NCBI RefSeq assembly: GCF_009914755.1
Contig: NC_060939.1
Origin: the human T2T-CHM13v2.0 reference genome, Homo sapiens
Length of the DNA: 64,000 bases
Direction: 5' to 3' (one strand)
The position numbers were made by a program, and so were the translations under genes. Positions 17,836 through 31,137 of this stretch are shown piece by piece (position 1 is the first letter of the stretch; each line of letters opens with the position of its first letter). Under the pieces are notes generated by a model, which was not told the DNA's origin, ran no database searches, and saw nothing but the letters and a program-made list of their open reading frames with translations.

Positions 17836-18260
17836 CATCTCCACAAATTTCTGAGTAATCTGGGTTTCAACTTTTGTATGTGTACCTACCCGGATAGCCT
17901 CATCCCAAATCTCCAGGTCCCATTCCTTCTCTTTCAGGTCCCTGACTTTGGTGTTAGAATTCTCCCAGGACTGCAAATCCAATGTTCTCTGATGTTTTGC
18001 TACTCTCAGAATTGGGTCATAATACTTTTCCTCAGTTTGTCCCTATCTCCACCACAACTACAGGAAAAGAGGATTGCTTTGAATGTTGCCAAAGAAGCCC
18101 TGAAGGAAAGAAAGCCCAAAGAGGCTTTTACACTTGGCTTTGAATTGGTGATTAATGGTACTGAGCTTTCTGTTTTCTCTTCAAAGCATCAGTGGTGTTC
18201 AACAACAGCCACCAGATTCCACAGACCTTATAATTATCATTTTCCTCATATTGCTCAAAT
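17836..18260 (-). mobile_element. ERVL internal (gag-like) remnant; probably continues at about 14985-15120 on the other side of the L1PB
   Basis: Minus-strand peptide KVRDLKEKEWDLEIWDEAIRV resembles the ERVL/MaLR gag motif KVRALIGKEWDPxxWxGD. Abuts an LTR16-like LTR. Confidence 0.6.
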
Positions 18261-18269
18261 GCCAGAAAT

Positions 18270-18658
18270 ATTGCTCAAGCTAGGGATTTGAGTTCATGTA
18301 GTCTACTGAGAAAGGGATTGCAGGGAAAAAAATGAAGGAAGCAGGGAGGGAAGAGAAGGGGGATAAATAGAGAAATGGCCTCAACTGGAGTCCAGCTCAA
18401 GCCTGAGCATGAACTGTACCACAGAGGCAGCCCACCATTAAGGCAAGGATGTCTGCCTTTTGTAGCTCTATATCAGTCAGCTATTGGCTGCAGGCTACCC
18501 AAGAGGAAAGTAAAGCTCAGGCTAAGGCAATTTCTGTTCTGCAGAGTATACCTTTCTAGAGAAGTTGTAGCTGTGAGCTTTCAGCCGTTAGCACAGCAAC
18601 CGGGGGGATTTGTTACTATCTTAGAGAATCTGGGCAGGACACCAAGAGTGTCCACTAC
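18270..18658 (-). mobile_element. LTR16-like ERVL LTR
   Basis: aggcaagg...cctttt..., cagtcagctattggctgcaggctaccc, agctgtgagc, terminal tccactac. Confidence 0.65.
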
Positions 18659-18919
18659 CCTAATTTGTTTAAGAAAAGAGTACTGAGGTTTGAATTTTAA
18701 TCAAAGACTTATTTTTTTAAATCATTATAGTTTTTTTCTAACTTGAATTGTGTGATGTATTATATCAATAGTTATTGGTTGTTGTTTATCTCTTTATTTA
18801 CTCTAGTAATTGATCTATTACTGAGTCACTTTATTCTACCTTGCCCATGATAAGTTAGTCTTTTTACACTACTGTTAAAGTCTATTCACAAATACTTTAT
18901 TAAGGATTTTTTTCCTGCC

Positions 18920-20025
18920 ATGTATAGCTGCATGGTCTACTCTAATAAATGTGGCTCAGAAGAACAACAATAATTTATTTACTAACAATTTTTCAATTTG
19001 GGTAAAGCATGGAGGGCATGGTTCATTTGTGTTCCATGTTGTATCTGCGGGGATGGAACATTTGAGACAGTTTTTTCTCTAACATGCCTGGCGCCTTATT
19101 TGGGACGGCTCGGTGTATCTCTCCCCTATAACTTCTCTTCCTGACTAGCTTGGGCTACCTCTCACCATGGTGGCTGGGTTCCAGTAAGTAATGTTCCAAG
19201 AGGACAAGTCCCTTTTTGCAAGCACACATCAAGTCTCTGTTTGCGTCAGGTGTGCTAATGTCCTATTGTCCGAAGTTAGGCACATAGCCAAGCCCAGAGT
19301 CAATGTGAGACTACCAAAGCGTGCAACTAAAGAAGTAAAGGTCACTTGAGACCGTCAAAACGTCAGTTTGCTACATTCCACCCTAATGATTCATATCTCT
19401 TCCACCTGTCACGTCTCTTCCACCTCCCAGGACCCTCAAGGTCTCATCCCATTATGATAACTGGCTTAGACTTGAAATCCAGGATCTTGGCATCCAAATT
19501 AGCTTAGATGAGGATAAGGTTTCTTGAGTATGACTTATTTCAACCTACAGCCCTGTAAGCTATACAGATATATTTATTTTCTGCTCACCTGAAAACCCAA
19601 TATACAGCGATGAGGCAGGACAGGAAAACAGCAATAGACACTGCCATTTAAAAAGAGAAAAACAGGAGGCACATCGCAATCACTGATGCATAGCATTTCT
19701 GAAAACCAGCTGGCTTCATTTTCCAGTATCTTTATTAAAACTTGGTCATCTTCCCTGGAACCATATTTTCTGCTCTGTTAGCTCTTGGTTTCTCCCTCTG
19801 ATTCATTCTTTTTCCATAAGAAAAGACCTGTTTTTGCAGCTGAGCCGCTTCCTCTGCCTGGGCTTTCTGCCCGTTGTGAACGTCTCTGTCTCCCTTAGTC
19901 CAAATTGTCAGTGCTTATGGTGGTATAATTCTCTTTTTCAAAAGTGTGGATTTCTTATGAATCCTATTGCAGTTCAGTCCATCAGACAAAGGCCACATCC
20001 AAAAATCTCTTCAAGACAGATTGCT
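18920..20025 (-). mobile_element. MLT1G/H-type LTR (to about 19375) plus adjacent MaLR internal sequence
   Basis: ctagcttgggcta..catggtggctgggttcc, tgctaatgtcctattg..aag...cacatagccaagcccagagtcaa, followed by internal-type sequence. Confidence 0.6.
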
Positions 20026-20290
20026 ATTTATTGATTTAAAAATTACTTCTGCATATATTTGAACATTACTTCTTTCCATTCTCTCCCTTTCTTATCCCAA
20101 CTACTTCACTCAACCTAGGTTTTGGGAAGGCTGGAAAGTTTTATTTTTCAATCTAGCAAGATCTGAGTCTTCTCTATATTTTAAATAATTTCTATTTATT
20201 GCTGAATTATTTATTAATTTATTATAAACATATTTTCCTTTATATCCTTGAACATAGTTATCATAACTACTTTAAAATTCTTATCTAATT

Positions 20291-20481
20291 TGGCAAAACC
20301 TCATCTCTACAAAACTATAAAAGTTAGCTGGGTGTGGTGGTGCATGCCTCTAGTCTAAGCTACTCGAGAGGCTGAGGTGGGAGTATGGCTTGAGCCCAGG
20401 AGGTCGAGGCTGCAGTGAGCTGTGATCGTACTACTGCACCCCAGCCTGGGGGACAGAGTGAGACTGTGTCTCAAAAAAAAA
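20291..20481 (+). mobile_element. 5'-truncated AluJ
   Basis: aaacctcatctctacaaaa...gagcccaggaggtcgaggctgcagtgagc...ctcaaaaaaaaa. Confidence 0.85.
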
Positions 20482-22977
20482 TCTGATAATTTCAACTTCT
20501 GGCTCACCTCAGATCAGTTCCTACTGACAACTTTGTCTCTGCAGTATGGGTCTCATGTTACTCTTTCTTTGTATGTCTAGTAATTTTGTATAGTATACTG
20601 AACATCATGAATGATACATTTTAGAGATGGTATATCCTGTTATATTCCTCTAAAGAGCTTTGACTTTTTGCTTTGTTTATTTTACCAGGCATTTAATTTG
20701 TCTGAACTCAATCTCCAAACTTATTCTCCCCTGGGTAGGAGGTAGTTAAAATCTCTGTTTTGTAATTTTATTCTCATTGGGGCTTATTGGAGTTATCCTG
20801 TATATATAGTTCAAGAGAATATACAAAAAAAAGGTGTCTCCTTTTCTCTGGCTCTCTCTATTTTAGAATATCTTTGATCTGCAGTGATCCTCTTCCTTCT
20901 GGTTCTTCCAGCCATTAGGATGGAGAGATTCTATTCTAGGATTGTGAGTTTCCATCTGAGTCTTAGCGGCTTCATGTGATACTGACTGGAGTCTGCTCAC
21001 AGGCAAAGAGCAGTAAGAGCATCCACTCTCTAACAGTTTCTACCTGATTCAGCTATCTTTCCAGTATCCTCAAGAAGTTCTTCTTCAAGCCCTTCCAGAG
21101 GGTACAACTGTTCTCTTCAGAAGGCTTTGTCAAATAGAAGCCACTCTGCCACTACTGGAATTAAAATCTCTTTTCTTGAATCTAAAGATAATTCATGTAG
21201 AAAAAGAGCTAGTCTCAAAACTAGGTTGGGTTTGGGGTACTTGGGGAAGGAAAGAGAGATAGTGGAGAGAAGAATATATTTTTTAATAAATATCTCAGTT
21301 TCCTTCTCATTTGTGAATATAAGTTTTTTGTACTTCAATTTTTGATGAGTTACAGGTTTTCAATCACGGATTTTTATCTAGATTTTTCCACCTAGTACAT
21401 GTTTCCTTGGGCAAGTAATTTAACGTCCCTGAGTTCCACTTTCTTTATCACTGTAACGTGGTTGATCATGCCCCTGTGACAAGGAGACTGAGATCATAGT
21501 TAATTGAGATTGAGTGACATCTGCATAATTTTAATAGTAAACTATTTGGAATCTGTACTTCTATTTTTATGGTCTTTGTATACCTTTGTTATGATATAAA
21601 TGAATATAATTTTATGTAGCTATTGAAAAATAGTTACATTAAAATGTTCTGTAGAACTACCCTGGTCTAAAATCAGGTTTCTTTGCTAGGTAATAAAAAT
21701 ATTTCCCCCGAGGCAGTTCTGGGAAAGTATTATAATAGTCCAAAATTGTACCTTTGCAGAATATAAAATAACTAATAAAAAGATTTTGTAATTGTAGTTC
21801 CTTATGAATTATGTGAATTACATTAAATATTTTTAAGAACATTTTCCTTGCGTGAATAAAGCTTTTTATGAACTAACGTCTCAACTAGTGAGAAGGTTAT
21901 GCTGATCTCAGCTTATACCAGCAGGTCACAGTAGCAACTACATTCTTAACTTTTAGAGGTATGAATTTGCTCTCAAGTTCAATTTTTTATCTAAATAATT
22001 TAAATATGATTCTGAGTCCCCACTAGCCTGAATGACAGAATGTTATTAGTCAGAACTGAGACTCCCTTCCTGATTTTATTTCGGAATGAAACAAGTCCAG
22101 GCTGGGGTCGTACCTGTCTTGGCAAGTCACGCTCCAATCCATCCATTTCTGCAGCCATCACCTTGGGCATCCTGTTCCAATGAGGCATACAGCAGTGCTG
22201 AGAATAAAGCGCTTATTATGTACGGTCGTCTGGGTTGGGCACTGTGGGAGACTGGGAAAAAATAGGGTATAACCCTTGCCCTCCGTGAAGTACAGGAAAA
22301 ATCTCGGTGTCAAAAATGTAAAATTTCCAGCCATTTGGCCATAGATGTTACTTTTAGTGTAACCACAACCAGTATCAAATGGAAATCTGGCTGTAAAAAA
22401 AACAGAACTGTGAAACATTTAGAAAAGAGTAATGAAAACAGCAGAAAATTCAGTTCTCAGCAGAATTCTGTCAACAGAAGAAATTCTACTTCCACAAATT
22501 CCTTAGTTGAGAAAGGCGTGCAGAGGGCTTCCCAGGCCATCTATAAAACATGAAACCAAGAACAGAGCAGATGAAGAAAGGTTTCTATTTTCTTTCTGAT
22601 TTAGCCTTAACTTGTGGTTTATGTTTTTTAAAAAAATGGTCTAAGCTCTTCTCGGGACCATTACAGGACTGTGCAGCTATGTGCTTGCACTAACATTGTT
22701 TATTTCAGAACATCTGTGCCATAATCTTCGGTCATGCCTGTGGAATATATGAGGTCATCTCTTTGGATGTTTATATAGCTGAGGAATAATCAAAACCAAT
22801 GCACCAGGGATGGATACCCTTTCCCAGATTTTTAAGCACTTTTGCTCCTTTCATATCACCTCTTAAGTTTGCTCAACTCAGCACTGTGGGCACGGTATGC
22901 TCTCAGCAAAATGGGTGTTGAACTAATTAATCAGTATAATCTGGCTCAACTTTTGCCAATCTCACCCCTCCTCCCTA

Positions 22978-23010
22978 CACACACGCACACACACACATAC
23001 ACACACACAC
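22978..23010. repeat. (CA)n microsatellite
   Basis: Imperfect CA run. Confidence 0.85.
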
Positions 23011-25902
23011 TGCAAAGCACAAGAGAAAGATAAGCAATATGGAATTAAAATGAGCTGAGTTCTCTCTTAGCCCTGTCATTACCTACTTCTGTAAACTTAG
23101 GCAAGCCTAACCCTCCATCTGTTACCAGGATGAGCTCTCTTTGCTCCTCTTGTTTTAAAGATACTTCTTTGACTTCTTATCATATACAGACACAGTCCAA
23201 AGATCTTTCATGTTGTAGCTGCTGCCTGCCTTTCCAGAATCACCTTTCACAATCCCATAAAAATGGGCCCTGCTGGTAGCTGCCCTGCACTGCCTGCAGA
23301 CCTTGCACTTGGACAAATTCTCTTTCTCTTGCCTCCATGTTTTGGGGGCACCTGGCTGAATGTTGTCACCTTCTCACTCCATCCTCCTCCTCCCTCAGCA
23401 CCTCAAACACATCCTTATTGTCGCTCTAGAGTTGCAGCTGCAGTTGACCCAAAAAGAGCTCAGGGCCTAGAATAGAAGAAAATCATCAATACTGGAGTTA
23501 ATGGATTGTGGTTTTGTTCAAACTGGGAAAGACAATGCCCTTGGTTGGCAGGGTCAGTGTATCCATTTCACATTAGGAATTGGTTTCTTCTTGGATTGGC
23601 ATCATTTTGCCACCTTCAAGATCTTTACCTACTTTAAGGTTGTTTGTTTGTTTGTTTGTTTGTTCGTTTGTTTTGGTTCTGGTCATGTCACCAGGGATCA
23701 ACACAAGCAGGACCTGTCTCCTGGTGGCAGTGTGGTGGCACATGGCTGGTGTCTTGCTTTATGTAGGTGCTGCTGACACCTTGAGTTCTCACCCTAGAGG
23801 CCACTGTACTTTTTCTCCCACAGAAGTAGTTTCTCCACCAGTGTCTTCTGGAAGCACACACCTAAAGGCGAATTATTCTTAAAATACCCCTTTGTGCAAC
23901 TATTCCCCTTTATACGCTGCCCTTTTAGGAAAGATAATGACGGAAAGAATCAATAGAAACCCCAAATAGAGAAAAAGCCTGTAGCAGCGTTGAGAATCAG
24001 CTTTGAGGCATTGCTGTTTTCTAGAATGTAGGGGGATCACACTGAAGGCACAGTGTCAAGAGCTGACTCATCACTTTTCTTTCCTAGAAAGTGATGCAGA
24101 GTAAACGGAGCAGAGGAGTATTTCACCAACATCTCTGAATTAGAGAGAGGCAAGAGTTACCTGTCAGAGTGGTTCTGAGAAAAGATGCAGAGCTACCTCA
24201 TTGCCAGTAGGGACCAACATTTGTCAGTGACTTCTGAAAGAACAAGTAATCCTCATGAAACATAAATTGTGAGCTGGCCTGGCTTCTCAGTGATGGAAGA
24301 ACAGTTTCCTAAAGCAACTGGACATCCTTCCACTCACCTCCTAGAGTGGCAAGAATCTGGCCACAGCCATGCCATGTATTTGGAATAGAGAATGGGAAAA
24401 TCAGATGAGGAAGGTGACCTCATGCCCTGCAAGTTCAACAAACTCAGGGGAGGAAACTTGAAGAGATGACACTTCCTAACTAGACTGCTCTTGATCTCAA
24501 CCTCCTCACACCTTTAGTGACGCACGGCTGAACAGGTAATGCTGTTCATGCCACCAGGCTTTGACCTTGAGATCAAAAAGAAGAATTCTAGCAGCAACCA
24601 GGTAAACCCACACAGACTATTTTGAAGGACACAGCAGCTAGGACAGAATCATGTGTGAGTTAGGAAACAGTGGCCTTATGGGCAGATGCAACCGTGCACC
24701 AGTCGTCACAGTTTAACGCAAAGATCAGGGGTTAACTTTCAGCCTCACTCTGCAGCCTACTGGGTGCCTTTGTGCAGGGTGGCCCTGCTGGGAAGCACCT
24801 GTGCTGTCCTCTTTCTAAAATACGTAAATAGGAAAAAGAAATGCAAGATAGGGCCTATCAAAAATTCATTAGCATAAAAGTAGGAGACAAATGTCGCTCA
24901 TGAGAGATACAATAAGAATATAACTTCACAGGCGATCTACTGCAGGTGACTTTTTGCATTTTTATTATACAAGCAATTATTCATTGCAAAAAAATAAAAA
25001 TAATTAGAAAGGGTGATCAGAAAAAAGAAAAAAAATCCATGGTCTCATCTATGTGATAAACCACTTCAACATTTTCCCCATCATCTCTTGGATATTTATT
25101 AGTTGAAATTCTACTGTAAAAAGAAGCTTTCTATGTATTTCTCTTTATTTACTTACCTATGTCATCATGGACTGATTCTTTTATTCTCATGGGTTATAGA
25201 ATCACTGTTGCTGTTTTTTTGGTGCTCAAACCTTGGCAGGTTTGGTTGCTGGGAGCCTCTTCCATCAGGCCCTGGCCTCATCACTTTTTGAGCACGTCCT
25301 GATGTTCCGGCACAGCAAGGTGCTTCAGCCTCATCTCATCCTTCCCAGGCCAGCCCCAGAATTAACCATCTCTCCAAGGAGCCCTCCTGTTAACTTCTCC
25401 ATGTATTTCTTTCCAGTCGTGTTTGTTTGTTTGTTGGTTTTGTTTTGTTTTGTTTTGTTTTGTTTCGTTTTCCCTAGGACTACTTCTAGGCTCCTGGCTT
25501 GAATTTAAAGACGGTTCAGACATTTCTTAGCTTGTTAGGTGAGTGAGCCAGGCAGGTTCCCTGGAGAAACCTCTAGATGAAGAGGGCATCCTGAGGGGAG
25601 AAGCAGCACAGGGGATGCACCTGAGCCAATGAGAAGCCCTCTCAGCACAGGGGAGAGGCAACGAGGAGTGAACAGGGGTCTGTTACGAATCTGTCACTCT
25701 CTGGGCTCCGGAGAGCAAGAGATTACTAACAAAGCGTAAAGAGCCTTACACTGAAAACAGTTATAGAGCATAATGGTTTGAGCAGTGCACATGGAGAGCC
25801 CCTACTGGCAGGCCGTAATAGCCTCGGAGAAAGACTTAAACTTGAAGTCCCACTTCATTACAAACCTCAGTGGAGATTCGGGGCTGTGGGGCTTTGCTGA
25901 TT

Positions 25903-26073
25903 TGTGGTTGCAGGTGACTGTGGCTGGTGGCTGCTGCATGTTGGAAAGAACCGCAGGGTTCCGTGAAAGTGCTCCAACTTCCATGGGAGTTGGGGATGAA
26001 CCACAGAAGTGGAGGCAGGCGCAGCGGCAGAGTACCACAGAAGCCAACTGGCTGTGGTACACCCGTGACCACA
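25903..26073. promoter_or_regulatory. Candidate enhancer: homotypic RUNX motif cluster with a STAT (GAS) motif
   Basis: Five TGTGGT/ACCACA plus one ACCGCA in 171 bp; TTCCGTGAA at 25959-25967. Function is inferred only. Confidence 0.4.
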
Positions 26074-26327
26074 TCTTGGGCACTTCCCATAATCCTGGGA
26101 AGATGTTTTGCAGAGGGTGGAGGTCTTGTCTGAATGAGAGGGGGCAAGAACCAATTAAATATTAGTTATTACAATTAATGGAACTACATTAACACCCGCA
26201 GAATTGTAAGGCTTATATAAACTTAGAAGACAGACTGAGATATCCATTTTTTAAATCTACCTCCCCCAGGCCCCCATCCTGCCAGTCCCACCTTGCAGAG
26301 AAAAAATATGAATGTTTCTTTCTAGAC

Positions 26328-26532
26328 CACTGGTTCTCAACTAGGAGTGATTTTGTCTTCTTGGGGGACATTTGGCAATGTCTGGAGATATTTTTGCTCG
26401 TCACGATGAAGGGATGCTCCTGGCAGCTAGCAGATAGAAGCCAAGGATGCTGCTAAAATGCACAGGATAGCCCCACAAACCAAAGAATTATCTGGCCCAA
26501 AGTGTCAATAGTGTCCAGGTTGAGAAACCAGG
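26328..26532. mobile_element. MER20 hAT MITE
   Basis: tggttctcaac...ggggacatttggcaatgtctggaga...gttgagaaacc, with terminal inverted repeats. Confidence 0.9.
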
Positions 26533-26539
26533 TTTGAGA

Positions 26540-28750
26540 TGCGTGAATCTCTTTGGTTTGGAAAATATTTTTATATATTAAAGACATTAATGTATTTTGT
26601 CTAGTATAGATGTCGTGAATTGTTTCCAGTTTGTTTGTTTTTTGCACTTAATTGTATTTTTAAACCTATGGAAATATAATTTTTATATATTCAAATCTAT
26701 CAATGTTCAGTTATGTCAGAAAACATTATTTCTGTTTTTGATATGGTTTTTGCTATAGTCTAAAATTGTATAAATATTCAACTATTCTTTTGATGCTTTT
26801 ATAGCTTTACCTTTTACTTTCAGCCATTCTGGAATTTATTTTATGGCAGGGTAGACTGTAGGAATCTCAATTTATTATTTTCTTCTTAAATAGCCAGTTG
26901 TTCCAACAATATATACTGGAAAGCCCTATCCTTTATCCGCTTTGCACTTTTTGAAAGAGCAAAATTATATTCTGAATCCAAATATCTAGTTAGAACTGTT
27001 TCTGGAATTTCTATTTTGCTCTTGGTCTATAATAGTCTGGTAACAGGTTCATTGTACCTTTAGGGATACAGATAATAATCGTGTGAAGGTCAAAGAACAA
27101 TCATATTGAGATCTTGATTAGGAAGGTACTTTCTATGTTAATTTAGGGAGAATTGGCATTTTTACCATAGTGATTCTTTTTATCTAGGAACATTGTCTGT
27201 TTCTCTATTCTTTTATGCCTGTTAGTAGAGTTCAATAGTTTTTTTCAAATACATTCTATATATTTCCTTTAAATTTATTGCTAAATATTTTATATTTTGG
27301 CATATGTATTTTTTTCCCTCATATCTTGATAGCTTCTATTTTATAGAAAAATCTATTACTTTCTTAAAATATCATTTTGTAACTGGCTTCCTTAATTGTC
27401 ACTGTTGTTAACAAGTTTTCAATGGATTTTTTGTTTATTTTCCAGGAATAATGTCAAATTACTACAATTTTTCCTTTTTCTTTCCTATTAGTGCTCAGGG
27501 GATCATCTTCAATCTTGGGAATTAGAAACTCTTTGAAATCTCGATGTAAGTAAAAAATTCAGAGGCTAGACTTGTCTGGTAATATCTTAAGAATGTATAA
27601 TGAATTTAGGATGCCTGTTGTCATTATCTGCAATATTTCCCAAATATGGAAAATGCTACACTTCCAGATTACTTTCTAAAACTGAGGTATCATTTACACC
27701 TATCAAAATGCACAGATATTAATTATATAATTCTATGAGTTACATATATTCATGTGACCACCACAATGAAAAAAAATAGAACATTTCCATCATGCCAGAA
27801 AGTTCTTCCACAAATAGGCAACCACTGTTCTAATGTCTACCACTACAGATTAATTTTGCCTGTTTTACTATTTCATATAAATGGAATCATATGGTATGTC
27901 GTTTTTGGTTTTGGCTTACTTTTTAAATATACTGTTTCTGAGATTCGACCAGATTGTCTCACATATTAGTTCATTCCTTTTTATTGCCAAGTAGTGTTCT
28001 ATTGTATAACTATATCAAATTTTTTAATTCATTCTTCTGTTGGTGAACATTTGGGTTGTTTACAAATTTTTTATTATTATAAATATAGCTGCAGTAAATA
28101 TTTCTGGATAACTCTTTAGGATGCCTGTTGTCATTATTTGAAAATACGTTCAAAACGATGAGCATGTTTTCATTTCTCTTAGGAAAATATCTAAGGGTGG
28201 AAACCCTGGGCCATAGAGGAGGTATATGTTTAAATGTATTTTAAAACTCCAGTTGCCCACAGTCTTTGTGCCAAATTTTATAACTTTTAAATTCGATAAA
28301 TTTGAAAGTTACAGAAAAGTTGCAAAAAATAGTGCAAAACATTCATGTACACCCTTTACTCGGATTCATCAATAGTTTACATTTTACTCTATTGCTTTTT
28401 CATTATATCTAACTTCCTATCTATTATCTATCTATCTAATATATACCCATATCTATATCTACATACTATTCTTTGAAACCATTAGTAAATTGGTTAAATT
28501 TTGGTAACTCTGAAGAACAATACTTTGCTAGAGAACATTTATTAAAACCAAGAAATTTAATAATGATATAACGTCATTTTCTAATACAAAGTCCACAGGG
28601 CGGTTTTATCAATTGTTTCAATAATGTCCTTTATAACTTTTTTATTTTCCACATCCAGGATCTTATCCAAGGTCACAAATTGCATTTACTTGCATGCGTC
28701 TTCTCTCAGCTGGAACATTTCCTCAATCTTTGTCTTTCATGGGTGGCATT
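26540..28750 (-). mobile_element. Old L1ME/L1MC fragments
   Basis: gccagttgttccaacaat, aatttagggagaattggcat, ggcaaccactgttct, aatggaatcatatggtatgt, acagaaaagttgcaaaaaatagt. Confidence 0.6.
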
Positions 28751-28754
28751 TTCT

Positions 28755-30037
28755 TTTCTTCTTTTAAATTTCAATAGTTTTAAGAAAACAGATGGTTTTT
28801 GGTTACACAGATCAATCGTGTAGTGGTGAAGTCTAGGATTTTAGTGCACCCATAACTCAAGTAATGTACATTGCACTCGATAGGTAGTTTTTCATCCCTC
28901 ACCCCACTCCCACCCTTCCTTCTTCTGAGTCTCCAATGTCCATTATACCACTCTGTATGCCTTTGTGCACTTATAGCTTAGCTTCCACTTATAAGCAAGA
29001 ACATGTGGTATTTGGTTTTCTATTCCTGAGTTGCTTCACTTAGTATAATGGCCTTCTGTTTCATTCAAGTTGCTGCAGAAGACATTATTTCATTCTTTTT
29101 TATAGCTGTGTGGTATTCCACAGTATACATATACCACATTTTTTTTATCCACTCATCAGTTGATGGACACTTGGGTTGATTCCATATCTTTGCATTTGTG
29201 AATTGTTCTGCAATAAACATATACATGCAGGCATCTTTTTATATAATGAATTCTTTTCCTTTGGGTAGATACCTAGAAGCAGGATTGCTGGATTGAATGG
29301 TAGATCTACTTTTAGTTATTTGAGAAATCTCCATATTGTTTTCTATAGAGGTTGTACTAATTTACATTCCCACCAGCAATGTATAAGCATTCCTTTTCCA
29401 CCACATCCACACAAGCATCAACTGTTTTTTGACATTTTATTAATGACCATTTTGGCTGGGGTAAGGTGGTATTTCATTATGGCTTTAATGTGCATTTCCC
29501 TGATGATGAGTGATGTTGAACATTTTTTCATGTTTGTTGGCCATTTGAATATCTTCTTTTGAGAAATGTCTGTTCATATCCTTTGCCCACTTTTTAATGG
29601 GATTAGTTTTTTCTTGCTTACCTGTTTGAGTTCCTTGTCAATTCTAGATATTAGTCCTTTGTCAGATGCATAATTTGCAAATATTTTCTCTCATTCTGTA
29701 GTTGTCTTTACTCTAATGATTATTTCTTTTGTTGTGCAGAAGCTTTTTAGTTTAATTAGATCCCATTTATTTATTTTTATTTTTGTTCATTTGCTTTTGG
29801 GATCTTAGTCATAAATTCTTTGCCTAGGCCAATGTCTAGGACAGTTTTTCCTAGGTTTTCTTCTAGAATTTTTATGATTTCAGGTCTTAAAGTCTTTAAT
29901 CCATCTTAGGTTAAATTTTGAATAGGGTAAGAGATAGGGATCCAGTTTCATTCTTCTGCATGTGACTAGCCAGTTTTCCCAGCATCATTTATTGAATAGG
30001 GTGTCCTTTCCCTAATTTATGTTTTTGAATGCTTTGA
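28755..30037 (-). mobile_element. 5'-truncated L1PB3/4-like element inserted in L1MC
   Basis: 3' UTR gtagtggtgaagtc...tctgagtctccaatgtccattataccactctgtatgcc. Degraded TSD atgggtggcatttt / atgagtgacctttt. Confidence 0.85.
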
Positions 30038-30553
30038 TGAGTGACCTTTTTTTTTTAAGAGCACAGATCAGTTATTTTATAAATATCTCTCCGTTTGGGT
30101 TTGTGTGATGTTTTATCATGATTGGATTCACATTATTTATTTTTGACAGGAATATTATGGAAGTTATGTTGTGTCCTCACTGGTATATCATACCAGGAGA
30201 TACACACTGTCACTTGTCCCAATATTGATGTTAACTGATATCTTCCAGATTTCTCCACTATAAAGTTACTAATTTTCCCTTTGTGATAAATAAGAAATGT
30301 CTTTGTAAATATTCTGTTCATTATCATGTTTTCATCTATAACATTTTGCATCATTGATGATTTTCTGACATCATTCCTTCTATATTTATTAGTTCTTATT
30401 CTATATTCAATATATAGACACTTCCATCAGCCCAGGAAGCTCCTCCGTGTCTCTTCCCAGCCTGTCTCCCCTGCAGAGACAACTCTTCCTTTCATTGTTT
30501 TCACTGTAGCAGGTTATTCTCCATTTTTCTCTTTCTCTCTCCCTCTCCCTCTC

Positions 30554-30604
<51 letters not shown>

Positions 30605-31130
30605 CTATATCTATCTATATATGCATACATATCTATATCTATATATATATGCATACATATATATATAATCATGGATTCTTATTTAATTGAATGAGTTAAA
30701 ATACATTATTTTCATTCTTTGTTTTGATTCTCAAATTGCCAGACTTGGGAAGTAGGGACTCCTTCAAGCTAGTTGCTATGTCCTTTTTAAATATCCTCAT
30801 AATACTTTGAGTAGTTCTTTGCTTTTTGTCACAATACCATATTTTAGGCTCATTATGAAATTTTCTTGCCCAGATCTGGAATCAGCCTTTTCTCAAACTA
30901 GCCCCTTATCACAGAGAATAATATTTAGAAACCAAAGTTTAGTGCTAGCTTGCCCATTGCTTCTCATATGTCATTGCTTCTAAGCCTTTTCAATGGACAG
31001 AGCTTAAGAATGTATACATACATATGCGTGTATGTTGTTGGTATGTATATATAAATATATTTCTATGTGTCTCTATTGAAAGCCATGAGCTCATACGGAA
31101 ATAAATTGAAAAATTTGCCATATTTATAGA
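30038..31130 (-). mobile_element. L1MC4/5-like 3' region, continued, with a (TG)n/(TA) microsatellite at about 30558-30666
   Basis: ccagatttctccactataaagttact, ctggaatcagcc, atttagaaaccaa. Confidence 0.6.
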
Positions 31131-31137
31131 TGTGAAA

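Noticed and set aside
17800-17982. Gag-like peptide as a domesticated gene
   Set aside because: Only a short degenerate motif remains, cut by an L1 insertion.
24062-24072. Isolated AP-1/ARE-like motifs (also near 43758 and 47114)
   Set aside because: Single short motifs are expected by chance in 64 kb.
25785-26165. Cluster of ORFs (up to 126 aa) as a coding exon
   Set aside because: Open frames on both strands reflect local GC richness. There is no recognisable protein similarity, and the motif content fits a regulatory element better.
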